In this document: positions 38,516 to 46,409 of the stretch, piece after piece | Layout of the letters: every line of letters begins with the position of its first letter | How positions within the stretch are numbered: the stretch's first letter is position 1 | Source of the DNA: a virus | Lineage: Duplodnaviria; Heunggongvirae; Uroviricota; Caudoviricetes | Direction: 5' to 3' (one strand) | DNA: 64,000 nucleotides | IMG/VR virus record: IMGVR_UViG_3300044970_001522 | Coordinates: 22,278 to 86,277 of that record | Translations under genes and position numbers: made by a program | The notes under the pieces: model-generated | What the model saw: the letters and a program-made list of their open reading frames with translations, nothing else | Told to the model about the DNA's origin: nothing | Databases searched by the model: none

Positions 38516-38559
38516 GGGCGGTTTACCCCCTTTCCTTTCCGACAGGAAAGCGGTATAGT
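38516..38559 (+). promoter_or_regulatory. cassette promoter TTTCCT-N17-TATAGT; +1 TTATTTCAGTCCA
   Basis: spacer TTTCCgacaGGAAAG identical to 23564. Confidence 0.6.
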
Positions 38560-38589
38560 TATTTCAGTCCAAGCAACCCCTCACAAACC

Positions 38590-39417
38590 ATGCCCGCTTT
38601 CGCCATCACCAACGACCTTAACTGGACCGTCTCCCCAAGGCCCACGGCATCGCTTAACTCCCATGGAGTCTGGGTTGCGGATCCAGACCGCAAAGCGATA
38701 CACCGAGACGACACCGACGAACGCCTCGGATATGTTTCCACCGAGTACGAGGTGGTGCAAAATGCCCAGCTGCTCGGGATGATTAACCCTATGGTTGAAG
38801 AGGGGCTTCTGGTAGTGGAAAACATGGGATACTTGGCTCACGGAGCCAAGGTGTTCGCCCAGGCGAAAATTAACCAGGAGTTTCGTGTAATTGGCGAGGA
38901 TTACAACGCATACATCACACTTCTGAATGGGCACACAGGGAACGCATCCGTAGCCATCGGCCCGGTTGCCACTCGCGTAATTTGTGGAAACACCTTTTCG
39001 ATGGCTTACTCTAACATCGGAGAAAAATTCCGCCACTCTTCCGGAGTGAACGAGCGCATTCTTGAGAGCACCGCAGTGCTTGACTTTGTGAATAGCGCCA
39101 TGAAGATGTATTCTAAAAGAGTTGAAGTCATCGCCTCGGCAACTTGCACTTCCGCCCAATTCCGTGCCTTCCTTGAGGCGACTTACAAGAAAGAAGCGGA
39201 CAAAATGCGCAATGTCAACGTTCTCAACGACCTGTTTTACAACGGCGCTGGTAACGAAGGTCGCACCTTTTACGATGCCATGAATGCGGTTACGGACTTT
39301 AGTTCCAATCGTAGTCGAAAGAGCGAGACCGGACGCTTTGGCTACGCAAACTTCGGCCAAGGCGCAACCATCAACCAGCGGGCCATGGAAGTAGCCCTTG
39401 ATATGGCTACTGTCTAA
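38590..39417 (+). CDS. DUF932-like protein (phage/plasmid-related, TIGR03299-like)
   Basis: LLNGHTGNASVAIGPVATRVICGNT resembles the conserved ...S.DGS...P.RVVCxNT core of DUF932. Confidence 0.45.
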   Translation: MPAFAITNDLNWTVSPRPTASLNSHGVWVADPDRKAIHRDDTDERLGYVSTEYEVVQNAQLLGMINPMVEEGLLVVENMGYLAHGAKVFAQAKINQEFRVIGEDYNAYITLLNGHTGNASVAIGPVATRVICGNTFSMAYSNIGEKFRHSSGVNERILESTAVLDFVNSAMKMYSKRVEVIASATCTSAQFRAFLEATYKKEADKMRNVNVLNDLFYNGAGNEGRTFYDAMNAVTDFSSNRSRKSETGRFGYANFGQGATINQRAMEVALDMATV

Positions 39418-39442
39418 CTAGCGAGTGTCGGGCCCAGGGGGT

Positions 39443-39488
39443 GGGGCGGTTTTCCGCCTTAACTCCCTTGCCTCGCACACGCTAGAGT
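39443..39488 (+). promoter_or_regulatory. degenerate cassette (GGGGCGGTTTTCCGCC ... TAGAGT)
   Basis: the TTGCCT hexamer is only 9 nt from TAGAGT; alternative -35 TTAACT at 18 nt. Confidence 0.3.
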
Positions 39489-39526
39489 TAATCAGCTAAC
39501 CCTCAATCCCCCGACCATCAACCCCA

Positions 39527-39757
39527 ATGAAGTACCGCATTCGAGAAGAAATCCGTACCGAAAACGGTGAAAGGATTAGCCGGTTCTACTGCGAACACAA
39601 GTTCTTATGGTGGTGGTTACTTACCTTCTTTTATGAAGGCGTAGACGGTTGCCCAGGCCCGGACGTTTTCTTTAATACAAAGCAAGAAGCGCTAACGGCG
39701 CTGCGCGATCATTTTCAGTCCTTAGAGTTAACAGAAGTGGTATTTCACGAAGTATGA
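39527..39757 (+). CDS. hypothetical protein
   Basis: ORF. Confidence 0.3.
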   Translation: MKYRIREEIRTENGERISRFYCEHKFLWWWLLTFFYEGVDGCPGPDVFFNTKQEALTALRDHFQSLELTEVVFHEV

Positions 39758-40044
39758 AAACTGAGAACCCGTATGTTGGCGGTATCCTTGGCTTAGTGAC
39801 TATTGTCACTGCGCTAGGGCTAGCAGTTCTAGTGGTGGCGGTAATTAACTTGAGCTACCGAAGAGCGGAAGAGCACAACGCTGAGATTGAGAGGGAAGAA
39901 GCGAAGGTTTTAGCCGAAAAGTGCAAGCTGGTGAGTAACTCAGTTCGTGCAGACCCGTACATAACCGAGAGGACCCTAAGTCTCCACATTTGCAACGACC
40001 AAGGGGTCTCAACTTACTTTGTAACGCGTAAGCCTTTCCCCTAG
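39754..40044 (+). CDS. membrane protein (N-terminal TM)
   Basis: GILGLVTIVTALGLAVLVVAVI. Confidence 0.3.
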   Translation: MKTENPYVGGILGLVTIVTALGLAVLVVAVINLSYRRAEEHNAEIEREEAKVLAEKCKLVSNSVRADPYITERTLSLHICNDQGVSTYFVTRKPFP

Positions 40045-40115
40045 GTTTGCTGGGCGAGGAAAACCCCGCACCGTTCACCTTTTCCAAACAAACTACTGTA
40101 TTTTCGAACGAAACA

Positions 40116-40667
40116 ATGACCACAGCAACTTGCACCGAAGCACTGACGCCAGCTGAAGCCACTCGGGTTGCTCACCGGATGTGCACATCACAAGGGCTCC
40201 CTCCGCTCCCGCATATCCCGGCGAATTTCCTACTCGCCCTTGACGCCTTTGAGGAGTGCACGTACAGAAACGTAGAAGACTTGGGAGGGTTGACACCCGA
40301 ACAACAGGAAGCCAATCTCCTCCATGTCGCACTATGGATTGTTGAGCGCGACCGGAAAAACCTCCACATGGAGAGGTGGCACAAGCTCTGGTTTGACACT
40401 GACAGAACAACTTACGAAGATTGGTCCTTCTGGAAGGAACCATCGAACGAAGCAGGTTTTCACACGTGCGGGACCACTCACTGTCTGGCGGGCTTCGCGC
40501 AGGTTATGGGAGGGGTTGGTGCTTTTACTCTCACACCTAAAGAAGCGGGAGAGGTGCTTCTCGGATCGAATGCAGCAGGCCACTTCTTCGACACTGACGA
40601 ACAAGCACTTGTTTTCCTGGAACAAGTTATTGAACGTAATTCCCATTCAGTACACCCCACTGAGTAG
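40116..40667 (+). CDS. paralog family A member 4
   Basis: LPPLPHIP...QQEANLLHVALWIVERD...CGTTHCLAGFAQVMGG...FLEQVIERN. Confidence 0.5.
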   Translation: MTTATCTEALTPAEATRVAHRMCTSQGLPPLPHIPANFLLALDAFEECTYRNVEDLGGLTPEQQEANLLHVALWIVERDRKNLHMERWHKLWFDTDRTTYEDWSFWKEPSNEAGFHTCGTTHCLAGFAQVMGGVGAFTLTPKEAGEVLLGSNAAGHFFDTDEQALVFLEQVIERNSHSVHPTE

Positions 40668-40668
40668 T

Positions 40669-40962
40669 ATGAAAATCACGTATAACGCACCGTCGAAAGT
40701 TGAACGCACCGTCGAACTTAACGAGTCCGATTTCCCACCCCTTTATGGCGCAATCCGAGACTGTTTCCTGCAGAGACTTAAATCTTTCGGCTTGTCCAAC
40801 CCGTTCTTCCCCTTTGAGTACGAAGCGATCGAGTTCTGTCGCACGGCGGGAGTTGATACGACTAATCGCATAGACGTGGTCGAATTCTTTGAGACGCTTC
40901 TTTTGAGGGGAACCCCGGAAGTTTCAAACATTTCGGAGGAAGATGAAAACGGCAATCACTAG
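40669..40962 (+). CDS. hypothetical protein
   Basis: ATG 2 nt after the upstream stop. Confidence 0.3.
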   Translation: MKITYNAPSKVERTVELNESDFPPLYGAIRDCFLQRLKSFGLSNPFFPFEYEAIEFCRTAGVDTTNRIDVVEFFETLLLRGTPEVSNISEEDENGNH

Positions 40963-41386
40963 CTTAAGGGTGGCCGAGAAGGTTTCGGTGCAGTCAGGGG
41001 ACTTTCCCGACATCCCCTATCTTATTGTCAACCTAACATGGAAAGTATCCCCCAACAGCACGCACTTTCAGTGGTTTCTCGACGATACGAAAGATATCGT
41101 TCAGCAGTTAAGCGTCGTAAATCCTGAAGAATGGGACGACCCGTTCTCGCTATTCGAAATAGAATTTGAAAAAGTTTGGATTCCGCACGGAGATAGGTGG
41201 AAGTACATTCCAAAGTTCAACACTTTCTGGTACAAGGATTACGTTTCAGACTGCCCGGTCGTTAGGGCCACCTTAAAAGAGCTCGAACACTTTCAGCAGA
41301 GAGAAGAGTTTTCGTCGGAGTACCGGTTTTTCGATGAGAGTATTTTGTACAAGCATCTCTCGGTCTTGTGCACCTTTACGGACTGA
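40943..41386 (+). CDS. hypothetical protein
   Basis: ORF. Confidence 0.3.
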   Translation: MKTAITSLRVAEKVSVQSGDFPDIPYLIVNLTWKVSPNSTHFQWFLDDTKDIVQQLSVVNPEEWDDPFSLFEIEFEKVWIPHGDRWKYIPKFNTFWYKDYVSDCPVVRATLKELEHFQQREEFSSEYRFFDESILYKHLSVLCTFTD

Positions 41387-41724
41387 TCCGGGTAAATTAC
41401 ACTGTACAGACCTTTCGCAGAGCAACGTTGGAACAAACGAATAAAGAGCCAGAATGTTGCCGCAGAAGTTTCGGCGCATCATTGATTGACACAGCTAAAC
41501 GAATGCTGGAAGATCCGTCGTTTGCCCCTCGCCAAGTGGCAAAGGACCGACTCTCAATTTGTGAGAGCAATGTGTGCGGATCCTTTGAAGAAAAAAGTTC
41601 AACCTGTGACGAGTGCGGATGCTTTCTTCCCGCTAAGACAACCATGGCAAACATGCGGTGCCCGCGAGACTACTGGGTTGAGTGGGTGAGAGGGGAGTCC
41701 AATGACGCGGGAGAGGGGGCTTAA
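41368..41724 (+). CDS. Cys-rich (zinc-ribbon-like) protein; start uncertain
   Basis: CESNVCGS...CDECGC...CPRDYW. Confidence 0.3.
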   Translation: MHLYGLIRVNYTVQTFRRATLEQTNKEPECCRRSFGASLIDTAKRMLEDPSFAPRQVAKDRLSICESNVCGSFEEKSSTCDECGCFLPAKTTMANMRCPRDYWVEWVRGESNDAGEGA

Positions 41725-41746
41725 GTCAAGGGTGCCTTGCAGATAA

Positions 41747-41775
41747 GGTTTACTCCCCTTGTGAAACGCTATTCT
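41747..41775 (+). promoter_or_regulatory. cassette remnant upstream of tRNA cluster
   Basis: GGTTTACTCCCCTTGTGA retains the palindrome and TTG but no correctly spaced -10. Confidence 0.25.
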
Positions 41776-41785
41776 AAACGTGAAA

Positions 41786-41857
41786 GCCCTGGTAGCTCAG
41801 TGGAAGAGCACTGTCCTTCTAAGACACCGGTCGTGGGTTCGAATCCCTCTCAGGGCG
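41786..41857 (+). tRNA. tRNA-Arg (anticodon TCT), slightly irregular stems
   Basis: acceptor GCCCTGG/TCAGGGC, D arm GCTC-AGTGGAA-GAGC, anticodon loop CTTCTAA, T loop TTCGAAT; no encoded CCA. Confidence 0.55.
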
Positions 41858-41904
41858 TAGGTTGCCTTTGCAGCCACACTAAACAACAACAGCAACAATA
41901 CAAA

Positions 41905-42069
41905 ATGGCAAATCTTTCTCTAGTTGATCGTGCCGCACGAATTGGCGTCGAAAACCCCGACGGCGCAAAGCTCCTCCTAAGACTCAGCGAGGCAAGCACC
42001 AGCACTGAAGTTCAAAGTGCTCTAGACGAATTTGACTTGGCGGTCGGAGTTCAAACTCCCTCTGTCTGA
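41905..42069 (+). CDS. small protein sharing C-terminal motif with 42443
   Basis: TEVQSALDEFDLAVGV versus SEVQSALDELNLDVGL. Confidence 0.3.
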   Translation: MANLSLVDRAARIGVENPDGAKLLLRLSEASTSTEVQSALDEFDLAVGVQTPSV

Positions 42070-42111
42070 GCTTTACCTTGGGTTCCACCTCACACGGTGG
42101 TTCCCTATCCT

Positions 42112-42200
42112 GGGCGTGTGGTGTACGGTGCACAGGGACCATTATAAAGTCCTCTCCGGCAGATTACCGGCTAGTTAGGGTTCGACTCCCTACACGCCTA
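42112..42200 (+). tRNA. type II (long variable arm) tRNA-like gene with 9-nt anticodon loop; isotype ambiguous
   Basis: acceptor GGGCGTG/CACGCCT, T arm TAGGG-TTCGACT-CCCTA, variable stem-loop CCGG-CAGATTA-CCGG, anticodon stem GGGAC/GTCCT enclosing CATTATAAA. Confidence 0.4.
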
Positions 42201-42290
42201 CTTAGTTTCAAGTCCTCGAAAACTCGTTAAAGAACACACCCACAGGCCATATCCGGTGAACGACACAGGAGTGGCCCACCACGGTGACAA

Positions 42291-42375
42291 GGAAGAGTGG
42301 CTGAGCGGCCGAAAGCAGCAGCTTCGAACACTGTAGAGGGTTAAACCTCCGGGGGTTCAAATCCCCCCTCTTCCG
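42291..42375 (+). tRNA. tRNA-Ser (anticodon CGA), type II
   Basis: acceptor GGAAGAG/CTCTTCC; D arm GCT-GAGCGGCCGAA-AGC nearly identical to bacterial tRNA-Ser; loop TTCGAAC; variable arm GAGG-GTTAAA-CCTC; T arm GGGGG-TTCAAAT-CCCCC. Confidence 0.55.
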
Positions 42376-42442
42376 TTTACGGTTTCCCCTTTGAACACAT
42401 AGAAGTTCAACGGCGCTAAAGAAACCGTTATACACATGCAAA

Positions 42443-42784
42443 ATGACAATTAAAGACAAACCAGAATTCGTGAATGAAGTGATTTCACGAGTGATTAACA
42501 ACGCACCAATAAGCGAAGTTCTCCGCGTATACTCCCTCTCCGTAAAAGCGGCAATTGATGAACTTGACGACGACGGCTTCTTTCAGTCCGTGCTTAACGC
42601 AGGGTACACTGACCTAATTGAAAAGTACGCTGACTTAGACGACCTTGACGAATTTGTTGAGGGTTTCTCGGGTAGTGAGGGAAGTGTGGTCTACGAGAAC
42701 ACAGGAAGGTCGGAAGTTCAAAGTGCTCTTGACGAGCTTAACCTTGACGTTGGTCTGTGCCTGGACGAATGTTCCCCTTCCTAG
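42443..42784 (+). CDS. hypothetical acidic protein
   Basis: caaaATGaca. Confidence 0.3.
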   Translation: MTIKDKPEFVNEVISRVINNAPISEVLRVYSLSVKAAIDELDDDGFFQSVLNAGYTDLIEKYADLDDLDEFVEGFSGSEGSVVYENTGRSEVQSALDELNLDVGLCLDECSPS

Positions 42785-42966
42785 GCGAGACTGACTGGCT
42801 TTTGCCTCTGAGGCAAGCATCCTCTTTAGCGGAGGTGCGTGCACTTTCCTTGGAAAGTCGAGTTAGGGAGATGAGGCGAACTAAGCTAAAACTGAGGCGG
42901 AGGAGATTAGAGCTACAGAAAGAAGAGTCTCAGATTCTGCGGGCTATACTTAAAACCCTGTGAAAA

Positions 42967-43010
42967 GGGCGGTTTCCACCCTTGCCTTCCCCAATCAAAA
43001 GAGCTATAAT
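42967..43010 (+). promoter_or_regulatory. cassette promoter TTGCCT-N17-TATAAT
   Basis: GGGCGGTTTCCACCC. Confidence 0.55.
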
Positions 43011-43040
43011 GGGGGTGTAAGCGAGCTTAGTTCTCCGAGT

Positions 43041-43565
43041 ATGAAGCGTGCCATCAAAATTGACGGCAAGGTTACCGTCCCTAACTTCACTATTGAAAAA
43101 CTCCTGCGGTCGGTGTCAGAAGACGCAGCGGGTACCCGAAGGTCTGACCCACGGTTGTGGACTCTGGGGGATGTTGGATCTAGGTCAGTTCCAGACTGGC
43201 TTCGCTCCACTTTGCAAGAGGCACTTTTGCTTCTAAATCGTGCAGAACAGCAATACAGGTTTCCATCCCCGACTGACAATATGCGCCGCGAGGGCGCCAC
43301 GGTTGTGTACGGGAAAGGGTCCGTAGGTTCGCACGAAGACTACCAGATGTCAGGTTTGTCTCTCCTGGTTTTTCTCGGGGGGCACACCCCTGACGACGAA
43401 GCTCCCTACTGCAGCCAGCTCATATCTGAAGGCGAATTTTACGCTGGCGGAAAAATGACATTGATGAGGCCAGGGGACGCGCTAGTTTTTGACGATAGGG
43501 AAACGCACTCTTGGATGGCCAACGGCTGCTGGTTCTTTCTCGTTAGCCCCCTCAACAAAGTTTAG
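43041..43565 (+). CDS. 2OG-Fe(II) oxygenase superfamily protein (P4H-like)
   Basis: GSHEDY (HxD) ... ~60 aa ... DDRETHSW (distal His), with GGKMTLMRPGDALVF typical of the jelly-roll core. Confidence 0.4.
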   Translation: MKRAIKIDGKVTVPNFTIEKLLRSVSEDAAGTRRSDPRLWTLGDVGSRSVPDWLRSTLQEALLLLNRAEQQYRFPSPTDNMRREGATVVYGKGSVGSHEDYQMSGLSLLVFLGGHTPDDEAPYCSQLISEGEFYAGGKMTLMRPGDALVFDDRETHSWMANGCWFFLVSPLNKV

Positions 43566-43795
43566 TATGCCAAAACTTCTCCCACTTAATTCTTTCGTCG
43601 AACAAGTTGCACAACATTCCTTTAACAACTGGGATGGTGGCGGAGACGGCAGAATTGCGGACTTATTTTGGCCTGCAATTATCTACGGAGTGCCGGAAGT
43701 TGATTTAGAAAGGAAGGTTAGGGCAAAGTTTCAGGACATAAAAGCTGAGTATAACGAAAGATTCATCTTCAACTGACTAACTTCACGAGCTAAAG

Positions 43796-44392
43796 GTGCC
43801 GAAAAGTATTCTCTGCCAAATTGACCCCCGAGGGCGCCTACAAAAACCTGAAACAATTCAGGAGTACGGAAAGCTTCGGGACTACATGATTCAAAGGCCC
43901 TGGGAGTCGCTCAGTGACGGGGTCTTCCTTGAGCTAGTTACCGAGAAAGGATGTACCTTTTACGGTTGTCTGTTCAAAGGACTCGACCTTATGGAGCTTC
44001 AGTATCAGCGTTTGTGCTGGCATACGCAAACTCTCATTGGAGTGGATTTTGACAAGTGTGAGGTTAACCCTGGGAGAATGGTCAAGCTTTACACTGAGCT
44101 AGGCTACAAGCCTTGGCTCGCTTACCGAACGTTTTCTGACGGCCAACACCCCGGAAAAAGCTCATACCGACTCCTGTGGAAAGTTGACGTGAATCTAAAT
44201 GTTTCCTACGAAGAAACTCATGGCTTTATCAAAGCACTTGCCGCGTTAGCTGGAAAGGGGTTGGCGGACAAGCATAGCATGGACCCTAGCAGAATGTGGC
44301 AAGGTTCTCGAAAGGGGTACGTGCACTACGACCCTGAAGCCCCTTTGCTCGACCTGACTGGACAACCGGACCCTAAAACACCTGACACTTAG
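43796..44392 (+). CDS. archaeo-eukaryotic primase (AEP/PrimPol)-like protein
   Basis: TLIGVDFDKCE (motif I DxD), SDGQHPGKSSYRLLW (motif II-like), SMDPSRMWQGSRKG (motif III-like). Confidence 0.3.
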   Translation: MPKSILCQIDPRGRLQKPETIQEYGKLRDYMIQRPWESLSDGVFLELVTEKGCTFYGCLFKGLDLMELQYQRLCWHTQTLIGVDFDKCEVNPGRMVKLYTELGYKPWLAYRTFSDGQHPGKSSYRLLWKVDVNLNVSYEETHGFIKALAALAGKGLADKHSMDPSRMWQGSRKGYVHYDPEAPLLDLTGQPDPKTPDT

Positions 44393-44401
44393 AAAACATC
44401 T

Positions 44402-44905
44402 GTGAAAACCGCTGTAACGTTCGGGAGGTTTAACATAGGCCACCCCGGCCATGTTGAGCTAGTTAAAAAGTTGCTCACCCTTGGTTCGACCGCTAAAGTG
44501 TATGTGTCCTTAGGGAGACAGAATAACGACTGGGACCTTCGAGTTTTACTTCTGCGGACGCTGTGCCGCCAAGCGAGCATTGACCTGAGTAGGGTATCAT
44601 TTCTAAAGGCCATCGATCCCTATGCGGGGTTGTCAGATGTTCTAAAAAGCAGGAAGCCAAGCGAGGTGGTTCTCGTTCTGGGGTCTGACCAAGCTTCACT
44701 CGGATTGCAGCTTTCGCACACCTTCGGAGTCTCTTTTCATGAGAACGAACGAAGTGGTTCGAGCACGGCGCTGAGAAAGGTTTTAGACCAAGGCAAAAAC
44801 CCTGCACCTTTTCAGGGGAACAGGTACGCTTTAAAACTTGCAACACTCTTGAGAAACAATGAAAAGTTCCGAAAAGCTCAAAGAAAAGCTAAGGTGTCTG
44901 CTTAG
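44402..44905 (+). CDS. class I nucleotidyltransferase (HxGH), candidate NMN/NaMN adenylyltransferase
   Basis: FGRFNIGHPGHVELV HIGH motif; GTG start. Confidence 0.35.
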   Translation: MKTAVTFGRFNIGHPGHVELVKKLLTLGSTAKVYVSLGRQNNDWDLRVLLLRTLCRQASIDLSRVSFLKAIDPYAGLSDVLKSRKPSEVVLVLGSDQASLGLQLSHTFGVSFHENERSGSSTALRKVLDQGKNPAPFQGNRYALKLATLLRNNEKFRKAQRKAKVSA

Positions 44906-45106
44906 GAGCTACCCTGGCGTCAAAGTGGGTGCGTCATGGCCCTGGAACGACCTGGAGTTTAGAGAGATTGCCTGGGTGGTTCAAGACTATGTAAACAACA
45001 GCGGAGACGTTGTAAATGAGGACCCCCTCCACGAGTGGATTGAAGAGTATAACTTTTTTCGCACTGAGACCTTAAGTTAAGGCTGGCTGGGAAACCGTTC
45101 GCCCTG

Positions 45107-45151
45107 AGGCGGTTTCCCCTCCTTTCCCTTGCGAAGAGACAACGCTATAAT
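45107..45151 (+). promoter_or_regulatory. cassette promoter with TATAAT, leaderless ATG at +7
   Basis: GAGGCGGTTTCCCCTCC. Confidence 0.5.
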
Positions 45152-45157
45152 ATAAGT

Positions 45158-45631
45158 ATGGAAAACATACCCGAAGCACCCGAAGCATACGTGATGGTCG
45201 GAGCCCCTGGGTCCGGAAAGTCGACTCATGTATCAAAGCTGCTAAGTCTTCACCCAGATGCCGTTGTAATTTCCGGCGATGAAATCCGCGCTGAGCTCTA
45301 CGGAAACGCGGACATTCTAGGAAATTACGTAGAAATCCACGACCGCATGCTTGAGATTCTGGAGGAGAGTGTAGGTCGGACTATAGTTATGGATGGTACC
45401 CACTACAAGGCAGCTTACCGCAAGGAAGCAATTGCTACGCTGAACTCGTACGGTTACGATAAGGTTACTGCAGTAGTCATTGAAAAGCCCCTCACCGTTT
45501 GCCTACACCAGAATGCTTCTCGCGAGCGCAGGGTTCCGGAAGAAGTGATTGAGCGCATGCACGCCTCCTTACAAGCTTCCCTCAAGAATATCACCAACGA
45601 ACCCTTCCACCGTATTGACTTTGTATACTGA
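45158..45631 (+). CDS. P-loop polynucleotide-kinase-like protein (predicted leaderless)
   Basis: YVMVGAPGSGKST Walker A at the N-terminus as in Pnk kinase domains; ATG 7 nt after -10 TATAAT. Confidence 0.5.
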   Translation: MENIPEAPEAYVMVGAPGSGKSTHVSKLLSLHPDAVVISGDEIRAELYGNADILGNYVEIHDRMLEILEESVGRTIVMDGTHYKAAYRKEAIATLNSYGYDKVTAVVIEKPLTVCLHQNASRERRVPEEVIERMHASLQASLKNITNEPFHRIDFVY

Positions 45632-45635
45632 CGCA

Positions 45636-46364
45636 ATGATAACTTACAGCAACAAATTACATCAAGGTGACGTAGTTGCCCTGGGGGACATTCACGCGAC
45701 ATGGACTCTTTTCGAACAATTTCTGAATTGGGTGAAAGGGTCTCAAGCCACTGTCGTACTTTTAGGTGACATGGTTGATCGTGGTGGGGGTGACCTGAAA
45801 GTTTTGGAGCATACGAAAAATCTCCTCGACGATCCGGAAAGTTGGGGGCTTCAAGCCTTTTATGCCCTGATGGGGAACCACGAGAGGATGTTTCTTGATG
45901 CTTTGGAAGACCCATTCGGCAGTAGCTACGTGCTGTGGGTTCAAAACGGCGGAAACTATGACCAAGTGGGTGAAATGGAGAGGGAACATAAGGAGTGGGT
46001 TCGAAATCTACCCTTGTATATGACAATTGCGGACACTCTCTTCATTCACGCGGGGATCTACCCCGGTCACGACCCTGCAAAGCTCATTGCCGATGGAAGA
46101 GGCGAGGCACTCCTGTGGATTCGACAACCTTTCTTGACCTATGGGCCGGAGTTCGAAGGGTGGAACCCACGACTTAAGAAAGTCGTTCATGGTCACACAC
46201 CAACCAACTTCGAGGAACCACCTCAGGACCACCTCCCCGTTGTGAAGGGACAACGCGTAAATATAGATACGGGTGCGTTTATTAAGACGAAGGGTCGCCT
46301 AACCGCTTACAACGTCACTCAAAATACTTTTCACCAATTTTCACGGCAACCTCGCAAGGACTAG
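45636..46364 (+). CDS. calcineurin-like metallophosphoesterase (Pnkp-type phosphatase module candidate)
   Basis: GDIHA...GDMVDRGG...GNHE metallophosphatase motifs; immediately follows the kinase gene. Confidence 0.55.
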   Translation: MITYSNKLHQGDVVALGDIHATWTLFEQFLNWVKGSQATVVLLGDMVDRGGGDLKVLEHTKNLLDDPESWGLQAFYALMGNHERMFLDALEDPFGSSYVLWVQNGGNYDQVGEMEREHKEWVRNLPLYMTIADTLFIHAGIYPGHDPAKLIADGRGEALLWIRQPFLTYGPEFEGWNPRLKKVVHGHTPTNFEEPPQDHLPVVKGQRVNIDTGAFIKTKGRLTAYNVTQNTFHQFSRQPRKD

Positions 46365-46409
46365 TCTGGAGCTAAGTTCCGACACCAAAACCACACCAGA
46401 ACCTAAACA

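Noticed and set aside
39443-39488. Cassette copy with only 9 nt between TTGCCT and TAGAGT
   Set aside because: Spacing incompatible with sigma70-type recognition; listed only as a degenerate copy with an alternative weak -35.
41737-42069. 110-aa ORF spanning the tRNA-Arg gene
   Set aside because: It reads through a well-formed tRNA. The real CDS most likely starts at caaaATG 41905.
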